A DNA stretch of 64,000 nucleotides from assembly GCA_964399635.1 (NCBI GenBank), contig CAYNRU010000029.1:879-64878 (forward strand). Reading direction: 5' to 3'. Source of the stretch: an uncultured Bordetella sp. (GTDB taxonomy: Bacteria > Pseudomonadota > Gammaproteobacteria > Burkholderiales > Burkholderiaceae_E). The notes beneath the pieces were generated by a model. The model did no database searches and had not been told where the DNA came from. It was given only the letters and a program-made list of their open reading frames with translations. Made by a program: the position numbers and the translations under genes. This document shows positions 38,090 to 47,296 of the stretch, in pieces; the first letter of the stretch is position 1, and each line of letters opens with the position of its first letter.

Positions 38090-39466
38090 ATGCACGACAC
38101 CGACTCCCTCAAGCGCGACAACGCGCAGTACCTGTGGCACCCGATGGCGCATCCCGCGGCGATGAAGGCTGCCCGCCCGGACATCATCGCGCGCGGCGAA
38201 GGCTGCTGGGTATGGGATGTGGACGGGCACCGGATGCTCGACGGCGTGGCCGGTCTGTGGAGCTGCAACCTCGGCCACAGCGAGCGCCGCGTGCGCGACG
38301 CCATCGTCGCGCAGCTCGACGAGCTGCCCTTCTTCAACACCTTCCGCGGCACCACCCATCCGCGCGCCATCGAGCTGTCGGCGCGGCTGGTGGGCATGAT
38401 GGCGCCCGACGGCGTGACCGCGGTGATGTTCAGCAACGGCGGCTCGGACGCGGTGGAGAGCGCGCTCAAGATCGCGCGCCAGTATCACAAGCTGCGCGGC
38501 GACAAGGACCGCAGCAAGTTCATCGCGCTCAGGCAGGGCTATCACGGCGTGCACTTCGGCGGCATGAGCGTCAACGGCAACACCAATTTCCGCCGCCCGT
38601 ACGAGCCCCTGCTGCCCGGCTGCTTCCACATCGACTCCCCCTGGCTCTATCGCAACGCCTACACGCAGGACGAGGCCGAGCTCGGGCGCATCGTCGCGCA
38701 GCAGCTCGAGCGCGAAATCGTGTTCCAGGGGCCGGACACGGTGGCCGCCTTCATCGCCGAGCCTATCCAGGGCGCAGGCGGCGTCATCGTGCCCCCGCCC
38801 AACTTCTGGCCGCTGGTGCGCGAGGTCTGCGACCGCCACGGCGTGCTGCTGATCGCCGACGAGGTGGTCACCGGCTTCGGGCGCGGCGGGGCGATGTTCG
38901 GCACCCGACTGTGGGGCGTTCAGGCCGACCTCTGGTGCCTCGCCAAGGGCATCTCCTCGGGCTACATCCCGCTGGGGGCCACCGCGATCGGCGAGCGGGT
39001 GGCCAGGGTCTTCGAGGCCGACGCGAGCGGCTCCGCGCAGATCAGCCACGGCTACACCTACAGCGCGCATCCGGTGGCGGCGGCCGCCGCGCTCGCGACC
39101 ATGGACGTGCTCGAGGAGCGCGACATCCCCGGTCATGTGGCGCGCGTGAGCGAGCCCTTCCTGCAGCGGATGCGCGGGCTGGTCGAGCGCCACGACTTCG
39201 TGGGCGACGTGCGCGGCAAGGGCCTGATGCTGGGCATCGAGATGGTGGCCGACGCGGGCAAGCGCACGCCGCTGCCGCGCACGAGCGACCTGCCCGCGCG
39301 CGTGGCGCGCGCCGCCTACCGGCGCGGCCTGATGGTGCGCGTCTCCGGCCCCAATCTGATCCTGTCGCCGCCGCTGGTGATCACGACCGACGAGCTCGAG
39401 CAGCTGGCCGACATGCTCGAGGCGGCGTTCGACGAGGCGGGGGCGCAGCGTGGGGCCGGCGCATGA
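38090..39466 (+). CDS. Class-III (omega) aminotransferase, PLP-dependent
   Basis: ATG 38090 is preceded by CAGGAG. LWSCNLGH, FSNGGSDAVESALKIARQY, LLIADEVVTGFGRGG and CLAKGISSGYIPLGA motifs. Confidence 0.85.
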   Translation: MHDTDSLKRDNAQYLWHPMAHPAAMKAARPDIIARGEGCWVWDVDGHRMLDGVAGLWSCNLGHSERRVRDAIVAQLDELPFFNTFRGTTHPRAIELSARLVGMMAPDGVTAVMFSNGGSDAVESALKIARQYHKLRGDKDRSKFIALRQGYHGVHFGGMSVNGNTNFRRPYEPLLPGCFHIDSPWLYRNAYTQDEAELGRIVAQQLEREIVFQGPDTVAAFIAEPIQGAGGVIVPPPNFWPLVREVCDRHGVLLIADEVVTGFGRGGAMFGTRLWGVQADLWCLAKGISSGYIPLGATAIGERVARVFEADASGSAQISHGYTYSAHPVAAAAALATMDVLEERDIPGHVARVSEPFLQRMRGLVERHDFVGDVRGKGLMLGIEMVADAGKRTPLPRTSDLPARVARAAYRRGLMVRVSGPNLILSPPLVITTDELEQLADMLEAAFDEAGAQRGAGA

Positions 39467-40710
39467 GCGCCCGCACGGTGCTGCTGGTCGGCACGGCCGA
39501 CACCAAGAGCGAGGAGCTCGCGTTCATGCGCGCGCAGGTGCTCGACCAGGGCATGCAGGCGATGCTGATGGACGTGGGCGTGCGGGCTGCCGGCGACGTC
39601 GCGGTGGATATCGACCACGACGCGGTGGCGAGTGCTGCGGGCACCACGATCGCGGCGCTCGCGCAGGGCGGCGACGAGAACGCCGCGATGACCGCGATGG
39701 CCCGCGGCGCTGCCGCGATCGCCGCCGACCTGCACGCCCGCGGCCGCGTGGACGGGCTGCTGGCGCTGGGCGGCACGATGGGCACCGACCTTGCGCTCGA
39801 GGTGGCAAGCGCGCTGCCGCTGGGTGTGCCCAAGGTGGTGGTGTCCACCATTGCCCACTCGCACCTCGTGCCGCCCGGGCGCGTGCCGCCCGACCTGACC
39901 ATGGTGCTGTGGGCCGGCGGCCTGCACGGCCTGAACAGCCTGTGCCGCTCGGCGCTGGCCCAGGGCGTGGGGGCGGTCACCGGCGCCGTGCGCTGCGCGA
40001 TCCCGCCCCGGCCCGGGCGCCCGATGGTGGGCATGACCTCGCTCGGCGGCAGCTGCCTCGCCTACATGCTGCGCCTGAAGCCTGCGCTCGAGGCGCGCGG
40101 CTACGAGGTCGCGGTGTTCCACACCACCGGCATGGGCGGGCGGGCCTTCGAGGCGCTGGCCGAGGCCGGCCAGTTCGCGGTGGTGATGGACTTCAGCCTG
40201 CAGGAGCTCGCCAACCACCTCGGCGGCTCCTGCGTCAGCGCCGGGCCCGACCGCCTGCGCGGCGCCGGCCGGCGCGGCGTGCCGCAGATCGTGGCGCCGG
40301 GCGCGGTCGACATGGTCGACTTCCCGGCCTGGCAGCCGGTGCCCGCGGCGCTCGCCGGCCGGCCGGTGCACGTGCACAACCGCCTGATCGCGTCGGCCAC
40401 GTCGGCCGCGCCCCTGCGCGCCGACATCGCGCGCGAGATCGGCGCACGGCTCGCGCAGGCCCGTGGCCCCACGTGCCTGCTGCTGCCGCTGCAGGGCGTC
40501 GAGGCATGGGACCGGCCCGGCGAGCCGCTGCACGATCCCGAGGGGCTGCAGGCGTTCATTGCGGCGATGCGCGCGGCGGTGGCGCCGGGCACGCGCTGCA
40601 TCGAGCTCGACGCGCACATCAACGACGCCGCTTTCGCGGACGCCGCGCTCGCCGTGCTCGATGTCTGGGTGGAGGAGGGCGTGGTGCCGCGGGGCGTGCC
40701 ACGGGGCTGA
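39463..40710 (+). CDS. UPF0261 / Tm-1-like ATP-binding protein
   Basis: The start overlaps the upstream stop (ATGA). N-terminus MSARTVLLVGTADTKSEELAFMRAQV is typical of UPF0261. Confidence 0.7.
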   Translation: MSARTVLLVGTADTKSEELAFMRAQVLDQGMQAMLMDVGVRAAGDVAVDIDHDAVASAAGTTIAALAQGGDENAAMTAMARGAAAIAADLHARGRVDGLLALGGTMGTDLALEVASALPLGVPKVVVSTIAHSHLVPPGRVPPDLTMVLWAGGLHGLNSLCRSALAQGVGAVTGAVRCAIPPRPGRPMVGMTSLGGSCLAYMLRLKPALEARGYEVAVFHTTGMGGRAFEALAEAGQFAVVMDFSLQELANHLGGSCVSAGPDRLRGAGRRGVPQIVAPGAVDMVDFPAWQPVPAALAGRPVHVHNRLIASATSAAPLRADIAREIGARLAQARGPTCLLLPLQGVEAWDRPGEPLHDPEGLQAFIAAMRAAVAPGTRCIELDAHINDAAFADAALAVLDVWVEEGVVPRGVPRG

Positions 40711-40738
40711 GCACCGGGCCGCCGGCTAGAATCCGCCG

Positions 40739-42166
40739 ATGGCTCACGACCCGTCAGACACCGACCCCATCGCCGCGATCGCGACCGCGCCGGGCCGGGG
40801 CGGCATCGGCGTCGTGCGCGTGTCGGGCCGCGACCTGGCTCCGGTGGTCGAGGCGGTCTGCGGCCGCGCGCTGAGCCCGCGCGTGGCGACATTGCTGGCG
40901 TTTCGCGCGGCCGACGGCGAGCCGATCGACCAGGGCCTCGCCCTCCATTTCCCCGCGCCCCATTCCTACACCGGCGAGACCGTGCTCGAGCTGCAGGGCC
41001 ACGGCGGGCCGGTGGTGATGCAGCAGCTGCTCGAGCGCGTGCTCGAGGCGGGCGCCGGCATCGGGCTGCGCGTGGCCGAGCCGGGCGAGTTCACCCGACG
41101 CGCCTTCCTCAACGACAAGCTCGACCTCGCGCAGGCCGAGGCCGTGGCCGACCTCATCGATGCGAGCACCGGCCAGGCCGCGCGCTCGGCGAGCCGATCC
41201 CTGTCGGGCGCCTTCTCGCGCGCGGTGCACGCCGTCGTGGAGCAGCTGATCGACCTGCGGATGCTGGTGGAGGCGACGCTGGACTTTCCCGAGGAGGAGA
41301 TCGACTTCCTCGAGCAGTCGGACGCGCGCGGGCGCCTTGCGCGGGTGCGCGCCGCGCTGGAGACACTGCTGGCCGAGGCGCGCCAGGGCGCGCTGCTGCG
41401 CGAGGGCCTGCACGTGGTGCTCGCCGGCGCGCCCAACGTCGGCAAGTCCAGCCTGCTGAACGCGCTCGCGGGCGCCGAGGTGGCCATCGTCACGCCGGTG
41501 GCCGGCACCACGCGCGACCGCATCGCGCAGGCCATCCAGATCGACGGCGTGCCCTTGGTGGTGGTGGACACCGCCGGCCTGCGCGACACCGTCGACGAGG
41601 TCGAGCGGATCGGCATCGAGCGGACCTGGGAGGAGGTGGCGCGCGCGGACGTGATTGTGCACCTGGGCGTGGCGGGGCAGGAGGGCTGCGCGCCTTCAGG
41701 CGAAGAGGGCGAAGAGGGCGATGCGGCGCGCGCGCGTGTGGCGCTCGCGGCCGACCTGGATGCGGACATCGCCGCGCGCCTGCCGCAGGACAAGCCGATC
41801 CTGCGCGTGTGGAACAAGATCGACCTCGCCGGGCTCGCACCGCGTGCGACCGAGGGCGCGGTGTGGCTGTCGGCCCGCGACGGCCAGGGAATCGGGCTGC
41901 TGCGCGCGGCGCTGCTGCGGCTCGCGGGGTGGCACGGCGCGGGCGAGGGCACCTTCATCGCGCGCGAGCGGCACCTGCAGGCGCTGCGGGCGGCGCGCTC
42001 GCACCTGGAGGCGGCGCACGCGCATGCGCAGAGGAAGGCGGATGCGCTCGATCTGTTCGCCGAGGAGCTGAGGCTGGCTCAGGAGCGCCTGGGGGAGATC
42101 ACGGGCAAGTTCGGGGCGGACGAGTTGCTGGGGGTGATCTTCGGGCGGTTCTGCATCGGGAAGTAG
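40739..42166 (+). CDS. mnmE: tRNA modification GTPase MnmE (TrmE)
   Basis: [21 protein letters not shown]-domain [14 protein letters not shown] / DTAGLR / NKIDL, and the C-terminal FCIGK. Confidence 0.95.
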   Translation: MAHDPSDTDPIAAIATAPGRGGIGVVRVSGRDLAPVVEAVCGRALSPRVATLLAFRAADGEPIDQGLALHFPAPHSYTGETVLELQGHGGPVVMQQLLERVLEAGAGIGLRVAEPGEFTRRAFLNDKLDLAQAEAVADLIDASTGQAARSASRSLSGAFSRAVHAVVEQLIDLRMLVEATLDFPEEEIDFLEQSDARGRLARVRAALETLLAEARQGALLREGLHVVLAGAPNVGKSSLLNALAGAEVAIVTPVAGTTRDRIAQAIQIDGVPLVVVDTAGLRDTVDEVERIGIERTWEEVARADVIVHLGVAGQEGCAPSGEEGEEGDAARARVALAADLDADIAARLPQDKPILRVWNKIDLAGLAPRATEGAVWLSARDGQGIGLLRAALLRLAGWHGAGEGTFIARERHLQALRAARSHLEAAHAHAQRKADALDLFAEELRLAQERLGEITGKFGADELLGVIFGRFCIGK

Positions 42167-42467
42167 CGCAGAAGCGGGGCGCGACAGCGCGACCGTTGAA
42201 CGCGGGCTTGGGCTGGAGGAATTCCCGCAGCAGGTGAGCGCGGGATGGTGGCGCGGAACCATTCGCCGTTCGGCGATCTGAATTCGCCGCAGCCCGATCG
42301 CCCACCCGCCGCGCGCAACGTTCTTCATCGTCGCGATACGCCGTTGAGATCGCGTCCATCGGGGCAGCCTTGGTCCTATCGGCACTGGCTCGCCCGCCGA
42401 ACTGTCCTGAAGCGTTCTCTCGGCATGCGCAGACTCATGCTCGGTTTCGACCGAAGAAGAGACCGTC

Positions 42468-43370
42468 ATGAATAGTCTGCGGTTCGGAGCAATCGGCTTC
42501 ACGGTCCTTGCTGCCCTGTCCTTCGCGCCAGGGGGAGCTTGGGCGTCGGTCCTGACCCCAGGGACGACAGCTGTGACTCCGATGAACCTCGGCACGCCGA
42601 CTGTGATGGTCACCGGCCCCACGGTGTCGACACAGACGACCACGACGAGCCGCAACACCCAGTCCAACACGGTCAGCATGCCCTCGTCCGAGGTGGTCCT
42701 CGAACCTACCGAAACGACCGCCGGGCTGCGCTATCTCTACTCGACACCGGTCACAACCACCACCTGGCTCGAGGACAGCGCGCTGGTCGACTTGCTGGAG
42801 GTCCGTGTCGCGTCGATCGGAACGAACACCGCCGGCGGCAAGTACGTCTCGATCCTCGGCAGCGTGACTTCGGGGGTCGCGCTGGACCTGACCTTCTCGA
42901 TGCAGGCTGCGGGCACGTTTGTCCCGAACAGCACGCCGTTCGGTCCGACGACGCCGGCCCTCGCGTCGTTCTACTTCGGCGCGGACGCTCTCTCCGTGGA
43001 CCCGGTGCCCGGATTGACGGTCAACACCAACCTGACGAATCTGACCTACAACTCGAACACGTACTCCTCGACCTTCGGAACCACCACATTCTCGATGCTT
43101 CCCGGCGCTGCGCAACCGTTTGCCGCCTACGTCTTCGCCGGTTCCGACGTCACCATAGGAACGTTCGATCTGTTCGGCACTACAACGGCCTACGGATTCA
43201 TGACGATTTCGCAAGAGGCAATACTGGTCGGCGCCCGAACCCTGATCGGCGCCGAGATGATCGCGCCGATTCCTGAAGCCGAGCCCGCCGTCATTCTGGC
43301 GGCCGGTCTGGGAGTCGTCGCCGCGCTCGTGCGTCGCCGGCGCCGCGCCGGCGTTGTCCAGTCCACCTGA
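42468..43370 (+). CDS. PEP-CTERM sorting-domain exported protein (Thr/Ser-rich)
   Basis: Signal peptide, and C-terminal IPEAEPAVILAAGLGVVAALVRRRRR (PEP-like motif, TM helix, Arg cluster). Confidence 0.75.
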   Translation: MNSLRFGAIGFTVLAALSFAPGGAWASVLTPGTTAVTPMNLGTPTVMVTGPTVSTQTTTTSRNTQSNTVSMPSSEVVLEPTETTAGLRYLYSTPVTTTTWLEDSALVDLLEVRVASIGTNTAGGKYVSILGSVTSGVALDLTFSMQAAGTFVPNSTPFGPTTPALASFYFGADALSVDPVPGLTVNTNLTNLTYNSNTYSSTFGTTTFSMLPGAAQPFAAYVFAGSDVTIGTFDLFGTTTAYGFMTISQEAILVGARTLIGAEMIAPIPEAEPAVILAAGLGVVAALVRRRRRAGVVQST

Positions 43371-43382
43371 TAGAGCGGCATC

Positions 43383-44021
43383 ATGTTCCTGAACCCTGCA
43401 CTGCTTTCCTTTGTGGTCGCTGGCCTGCTGCCACTGGGCGCCGGCGCGGCCACGCTGGTATCGGCGACTTTCGTCGATGGCATCCAGACCGCCGACATCA
43501 CCGATACGTCGATCTCCGGCCTGATCCGGCTCGACCTCGACTACCGGTACGACAACGACAACGAGATCACGCTGCGCTTCCGTATCGACGCCGCCGAGGC
43601 CGCAGCAGGCTCGATCTCGTTCAATGCCATCCTGCGCAACCACAATTCGTTCGACTTCTGGGAAGCAGCGGTCTGGCAAGCCGCCGGCTCTCCGGTCACC
43701 ATCGGCGACCCTGCAGGCAGTGTCTCGGGTGGCTCCGCACCGGTGGTCTTCGCCTACCACGGGCCGAGTGGCTCCGGAGGCTATTTCGATCCCGATCACT
43801 CGGCGAACGGCTCCTTCGGCGAGCCAGCCATCGCCTACCTTGGAAACCCGCTCACGCAGGCTGGACGTACCGACTTCTCGCTGATGCTCAACGGTCTGAC
43901 CGCGAACAGCGAATTCGACATCGTCGTCGCGATCCCCGAACCGGGGGAATACATGTTCCTGCTGGCCGGTCTGGGAGCAGCGCTCGCACGCGTGCGGAGT
44001 CGGGCGACCGCAAGTCGCTGA
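43383..44021 (+). CDS. PEP-CTERM sorting-domain exported protein
   Basis: Signal peptide LLSFVVAGLLPLGAGA, and C-terminal IPEPGEYMFLLAGLGAALARVRSR. Confidence 0.75.
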   Translation: MFLNPALLSFVVAGLLPLGAGAATLVSATFVDGIQTADITDTSISGLIRLDLDYRYDNDNEITLRFRIDAAEAAAGSISFNAILRNHNSFDFWEAAVWQAAGSPVTIGDPAGSVSGGSAPVVFAYHGPSGSGGYFDPDHSANGSFGEPAIAYLGNPLTQAGRTDFSLMLNGLTANSEFDIVVAIPEPGEYMFLLAGLGAALARVRSRATASR

Positions 44022-44224
44022 TCCTGCGAGCGGAGGTCCGCAGCGACTCAGCAGACGGGGCCCGGTACCCTCGACATTCCCGCAAAGCCAGTCTGCGGTG
44101 CATCTGGCCTGCGGCCTGCGCGTCCATGTCGAAGGCCGCCTGCCAGTCGGGGTTGCTCACGAACAGCGCCACCCCCAGGTGGCGCGCTCGCGCTCGATCA
44201 GTGCGGAATTAGAAGAACAGTCGT

Positions 44225-44587
44225 TTGTTCACAGGGTGGTCCCGGCCATTGCCGCGGCGCCGGCTGGAGGCGGCATGCGAGGCCCACCTCGCGGCCCTGC
44301 TCGACGACAGCGCCTACGCCAAGGTGGTGACCAGCGTCGATCCGCGGAGCGTCCCCGAACTGACCCACATTCTGATCGCCCAGCGTGACGCCTACGAGAG
44401 GATGTTCGCAGGCTTCATCGACGCCCTGCCCTTGCCGCCCCGCACGCAGCGCGCCGCGCTGCGGCTGATGCTGTTGGGCGCGCTGAATTGGGCGCCGACC
44501 TGGTACCAGCCCGACGGGGGTCAGTCACCGCGCAGCCTGGCGCGCGTCTTCGTGCGGCTGCTCAAGGCCCCGCTGGCGCCGGGTTGA
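44225..44587 (+). pseudogene. TetR-family regulator remnant (C-terminal ligand domain only)
   Basis: 120 aa from a TTG codon. The frame is closed by TAG at 44210-44212. It ends LRLMLLGALNWAPTWYQPDGGQSPRSLARVFVRLL, typical of TetR C-terminal domains. No N-terminal HTH is encoded upstream. Confidence 0.5.
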
Positions 44588-44628
44588 ACCCTGGGCCGCC
44601 GTTATTCGTCGATCGCGCCGCTGCAGGC

Positions 44629-45834
44629 TCAGCGCAGGAGGTTCTCGATCAGCGTGGCCATGCCCATGCCCGAGCCCAGGCACATGCTGATCACCGCATA
44701 GCGCCCACCGGTGTCGGCCAGATGGTGCATGGCGGTGATGGTCATGCGGATGCCGGTGGCACCCGGCGGGTGGCCGATGCTGATGCCGCCGCCGTACAGG
44801 TTGGCGCGCGCGCGCGGTATACCCAGCTGCGCCTCGGCGTGCAGGTTCACGACGGCGAAGGCTTCGTTGATTTCCCAGTAGTCGATGTCGGCCACGCCCA
44901 GGCCGGTGCGCTCGAGCAGCCTGGCGATCGCCGGCACCGGACCGGCGCCCATGATCTCCGGTGCAACGCCCACGACGGCCCAATCCACCAGCCGCGCCTC
45001 GGCACGCAGGCCGGCGCGGGCCGCTGCCTCGGCACCGGCCACGACCAGGGCCGCGGCGCCGTCGGTCACGCCGCTGGAGTTGCCGGCCGTCACCTGGCCT
45101 TTGCCGTCCTTGCGAAAGGCGGGCTTCAGGCTGGCGAGCTTCTCGCCCGTGATCGCGGGCCGCGGGAACTCGTCCTGCGCGAATGAGCGCAGGCCGCGCT
45201 TGCCGTCGGGCACCTCGATGGGCGCGATCTGCCGTGCCAGGAAGCCCGAGGCCATGCCCGCGCCGGCACGTGCCTGGCTCATCAGCGCCCACTCGTCCAT
45301 CGCCTCGCGGGTGTAGCCGAAGCGCGCCGTCAGGTTCTCGGCGGTGTCGCCCATCAGCTCCTTCGTGAAGGGGCAGCGATAGATGTAGTCGAGCCCGTCG
45401 ACGAACTCGAACGGCCCTCGCTGCGCGCCCCAGCGCACCTGGTGCGCCAGGTAGGGCACGCGCGAGTAGTTCTCGCCGCCCGCCGCCACCGCGATCGCGC
45501 TGTGACCCGAGTGGATCTGCTGAGCCGCGCTGACGATGGCCTGTGAGCCGGTGCCGCAGGCGCGCACGACGCCGAGCGCCGCGCTGTCCTCCGGCAGCCC
45601 GGCCGACAGCGCGATCTTGCGGCTGACGAAGAGGCCGTCGTGGTCGACCGGCGCCGTGTTGCCGAACACCAGGTGGTCCACCTGCCGGGCATCGAGCCCC
45701 GCGCGCGCAAGGCTTGCCTGCACCACGTGCACGCCCAGCGTGGACAGCGGCACGTCGCGCAGGCTCTTGCCGAAGTCGCCGAATGGCGTGCGCGCACCGG
45801 CGCACAGGATGGTGTCGGGAAGGCGCATGGGCAT
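44629..45834 (-). CDS. Acetyl-CoA C-acyltransferase (thiolase II-like)
   Basis: 401 aa. Active-site Cys region VVRACGTGSQAI and C-terminal GGGISIGHPPGATG / MCLGSGMG. Confidence 0.9.
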   Translation of the reverse strand: MPMRLPDTILCAGARTPFGDFGKSLRDVPLSTLGVHVVQASLARAGLDARQVDHLVFGNTAPVDHDGLFVSRKIALSAGLPEDSAALGVVRACGTGSQAIVSAAQQIHSGHSAIAVAAGGENYSRVPYLAHQVRWGAQRGPFEFVDGLDYIYRCPFTKELMGDTAENLTARFGYTREAMDEWALMSQARAGAGMASGFLARQIAPIEVPDGKRGLRSFAQDEFPRPAITGEKLASLKPAFRKDGKGQVTAGNSSGVTDGAAALVVAGAEAAARAGLRAEARLVDWAVVGVAPEIMGAGPVPAIARLLERTGLGVADIDYWEINEAFAVVNLHAEAQLGIPRARANLYGGGISIGHPPGATGIRMTITAMHHLADTGGRYAVISMCLGSGMGMATLIENLLR

Positions 45835-46036
45835 GGCTCCAAGGCAACGGCAGGGGCGGGGCGCGGGGATCGACCGTGGAGACTATAGCCAACTTCACTT
45901 GTTGACCAAACGGGTGATTGCTAGAGTGACCGTGTCTGTCGATTCTTCGCTGCCCTGCGTCGCCGTTGCGGCCGTGCCGATCGCGTTGGGCCCCCGCGCA
46001 TGCCGGTGCGCAGGTCAACCGTACTGCTCTAAACCC

Positions 46037-47296
46037 ATGAATGACGTCTACATCGTTGGCACCGCCTGTACCGCCTTCGGCAAGCATGCCGACAGGACCT
46101 TCCACGACCTGGTGCGAGAGGCCTATGCCGACGTCCTGGCCGATGCCGGCCTGGGGCCCGACCAGGCGGCGCTGATCGAGCAGGCCTGGTTCGGCAACTG
46201 CGGCATGGGCGCCTGGGGGCAGGGCGGCATTCGCGGGCAGGTGTGCTTCACGCCCCTGGTCGAAGCGGGCCTGTTCCCCGAGCGGGTGCCGATGATCAAC
46301 GTGGAGGGCGGTTGCGCCACCGCATCGTTCGCGTTCCATGGCGCCTGGAAGGACGTGCTGTCGGGCCAGGCGCAGATGAGCCTGGCCATCGGCGTCGAGA
46401 AGCTCGTCAGCCCCGATCAGCCCGGGCGCGTGGCGGCCATCTTCGATACCGGCATCGACCAGCTCGAACCACAGCGCTGGCACGACTACTACGCCCGGGC
46501 CGGCGCGGCGGCCGGCAAGCCTTTCGAGACGGGGCCAGGCCGCACGCTCTTCATGGACACCTACGCCATGCAGGCCGCCTGGCACATGAAGACGCATGGC
46601 ACCACGCAGCGGCAGATCGCGATCGCCGCGGCCAAGAACCACCACCACGGCAGCCTGAACCCGAAGGCCCAGTACCGCTTTCAGCTCAGCGTCGACGAGG
46701 TGCTGGCCGACCGCGAGATCAGCTGGCCGCTGACGCGCGCCATGTGCTCGCCGCTGGGTGATGGCGCGGCGGCGGCCTTGCTCTGCTCAGAGGCGGGCCT
46801 GGCCAACCTGTCGCCCGCAGCGCGTGCCCGGGCGGTGAAGGTGCGCACCTCGCAGCTCTCGGGCGGCAAGTACCGCAGGCTCGACGAGCCGGGCCTGTCG
46901 CGCGTGGCGGCCGACAAGGCCTATGCCGCCACCGGCCTGAAGCCGGCCGACATCGACGTGGTCGAGCTGCACGACGCCACCTCGTTCTGCGAGGTCTTCC
47001 AGCTCGAGATGCTGCGCCTGTGCCCGGACGGCCAGGGCGGCCGCTTCATTGAATCGGGCGCCACCGCGTTGAGCGGGCATCTTCCGGTCAACCTGTCGGG
47101 CGGCCTGGTCAGCAAGGGCCACCCGGTGGGTGCCACCGGCCTGTCGATGGTGCATGAAACCTGCCTGCAATTGCGCGGCGAGGCCGGTGAGCGGCAGGTC
47201 AGAGGGGCTTCCATCGGCCTCATCGAGAACGGCGGGGGCGTGATGGGTTTCGACGAGGCCGCCTGCGCCGTACACCTGCTGGAGAAATGCCGATGA
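46037..47296 (+). CDS. Thiolase-fold protein, SCP-x / lipid-transfer type
   Basis: ATG 46037 in the frame of track ORF 45536..47296. VYIVGTACTAFGKH, NVEGGCATASFAFHGA, and C-terminal NLSGGLVSKGHPVGATG. Confidence 0.8.
   Translation: MNDVYIVGTACTAFGKHADRTFHDLVREAYADVLADAGLGPDQAALIEQAWFGNCGMGAWGQGGIRGQVCFTPLVEAGLFPERVPMINVEGGCATASFAFHGAWKDVLSGQAQMSLAIGVEKLVSPDQPGRVAAIFDTGIDQLEPQRWHDYYARAGAAAGKPFETGPGRTLFMDTYAMQAAWHMKTHGTTQRQIAIAAAKNHHHGSLNPKAQYRFQLSVDEVLADREISWPLTRAMCSPLGDGAAAALLCSEAGLANLSPAARARAVKVRTSQLSGGKYRRLDEPGLSRVAADKAYAATGLKPADIDVVELHDATSFCEVFQLEMLRLCPDGQGGRFIESGATALSGHLPVNLSGGLVSKGHPVGATGLSMVHETCLQLRGEAGERQVRGASIGLIENGGGVMGFDEAACAVHLLEKCR

Noticed and set aside
42245-42400. Sigma-54-like TGGC...GC strings upstream of the PEP-CTERM genes (tggcgcggaaccattcgc and ggcactggctcgc).
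   Set aside because: The GG-to-GC spacing is off by 1-3 nt from the -24/-12 consensus in both cases.
42221-44084. 9-bp direct repeat ATTCCCGCA at 42221-42229 and 44076-44084, flanking the PEP-CTERM pair, as possible insertion scars.
   Set aside because: My rough estimate is that a shared 9-mer between two spacers of about 200-300 bp has a chance probability of about 0.2. There is no integrase, tRNA or longer repeat to support it.
43888-44172. 94-aa minus-strand ORF (MALFVSNPDWQAAFDMDAQ...) in the gap between the PEP-CTERM gene and the TetR remnant.
   Set aside because: Only the first 25 or so codons look protein-like. The rest overlaps the PEP-CTERM gene antisense. There is no RBS and no recognisable family. 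It may be another gene fragment but cannot be supported.
45835-46036. Short inverted repeats (CAAC-N7-GTTG, TCAC-N15-GTGA) in the thiolase/thiolase divergent spacer as a TetR operator.
   Set aside because: The arms are only 4 bp, which is not distinguishable from chance.
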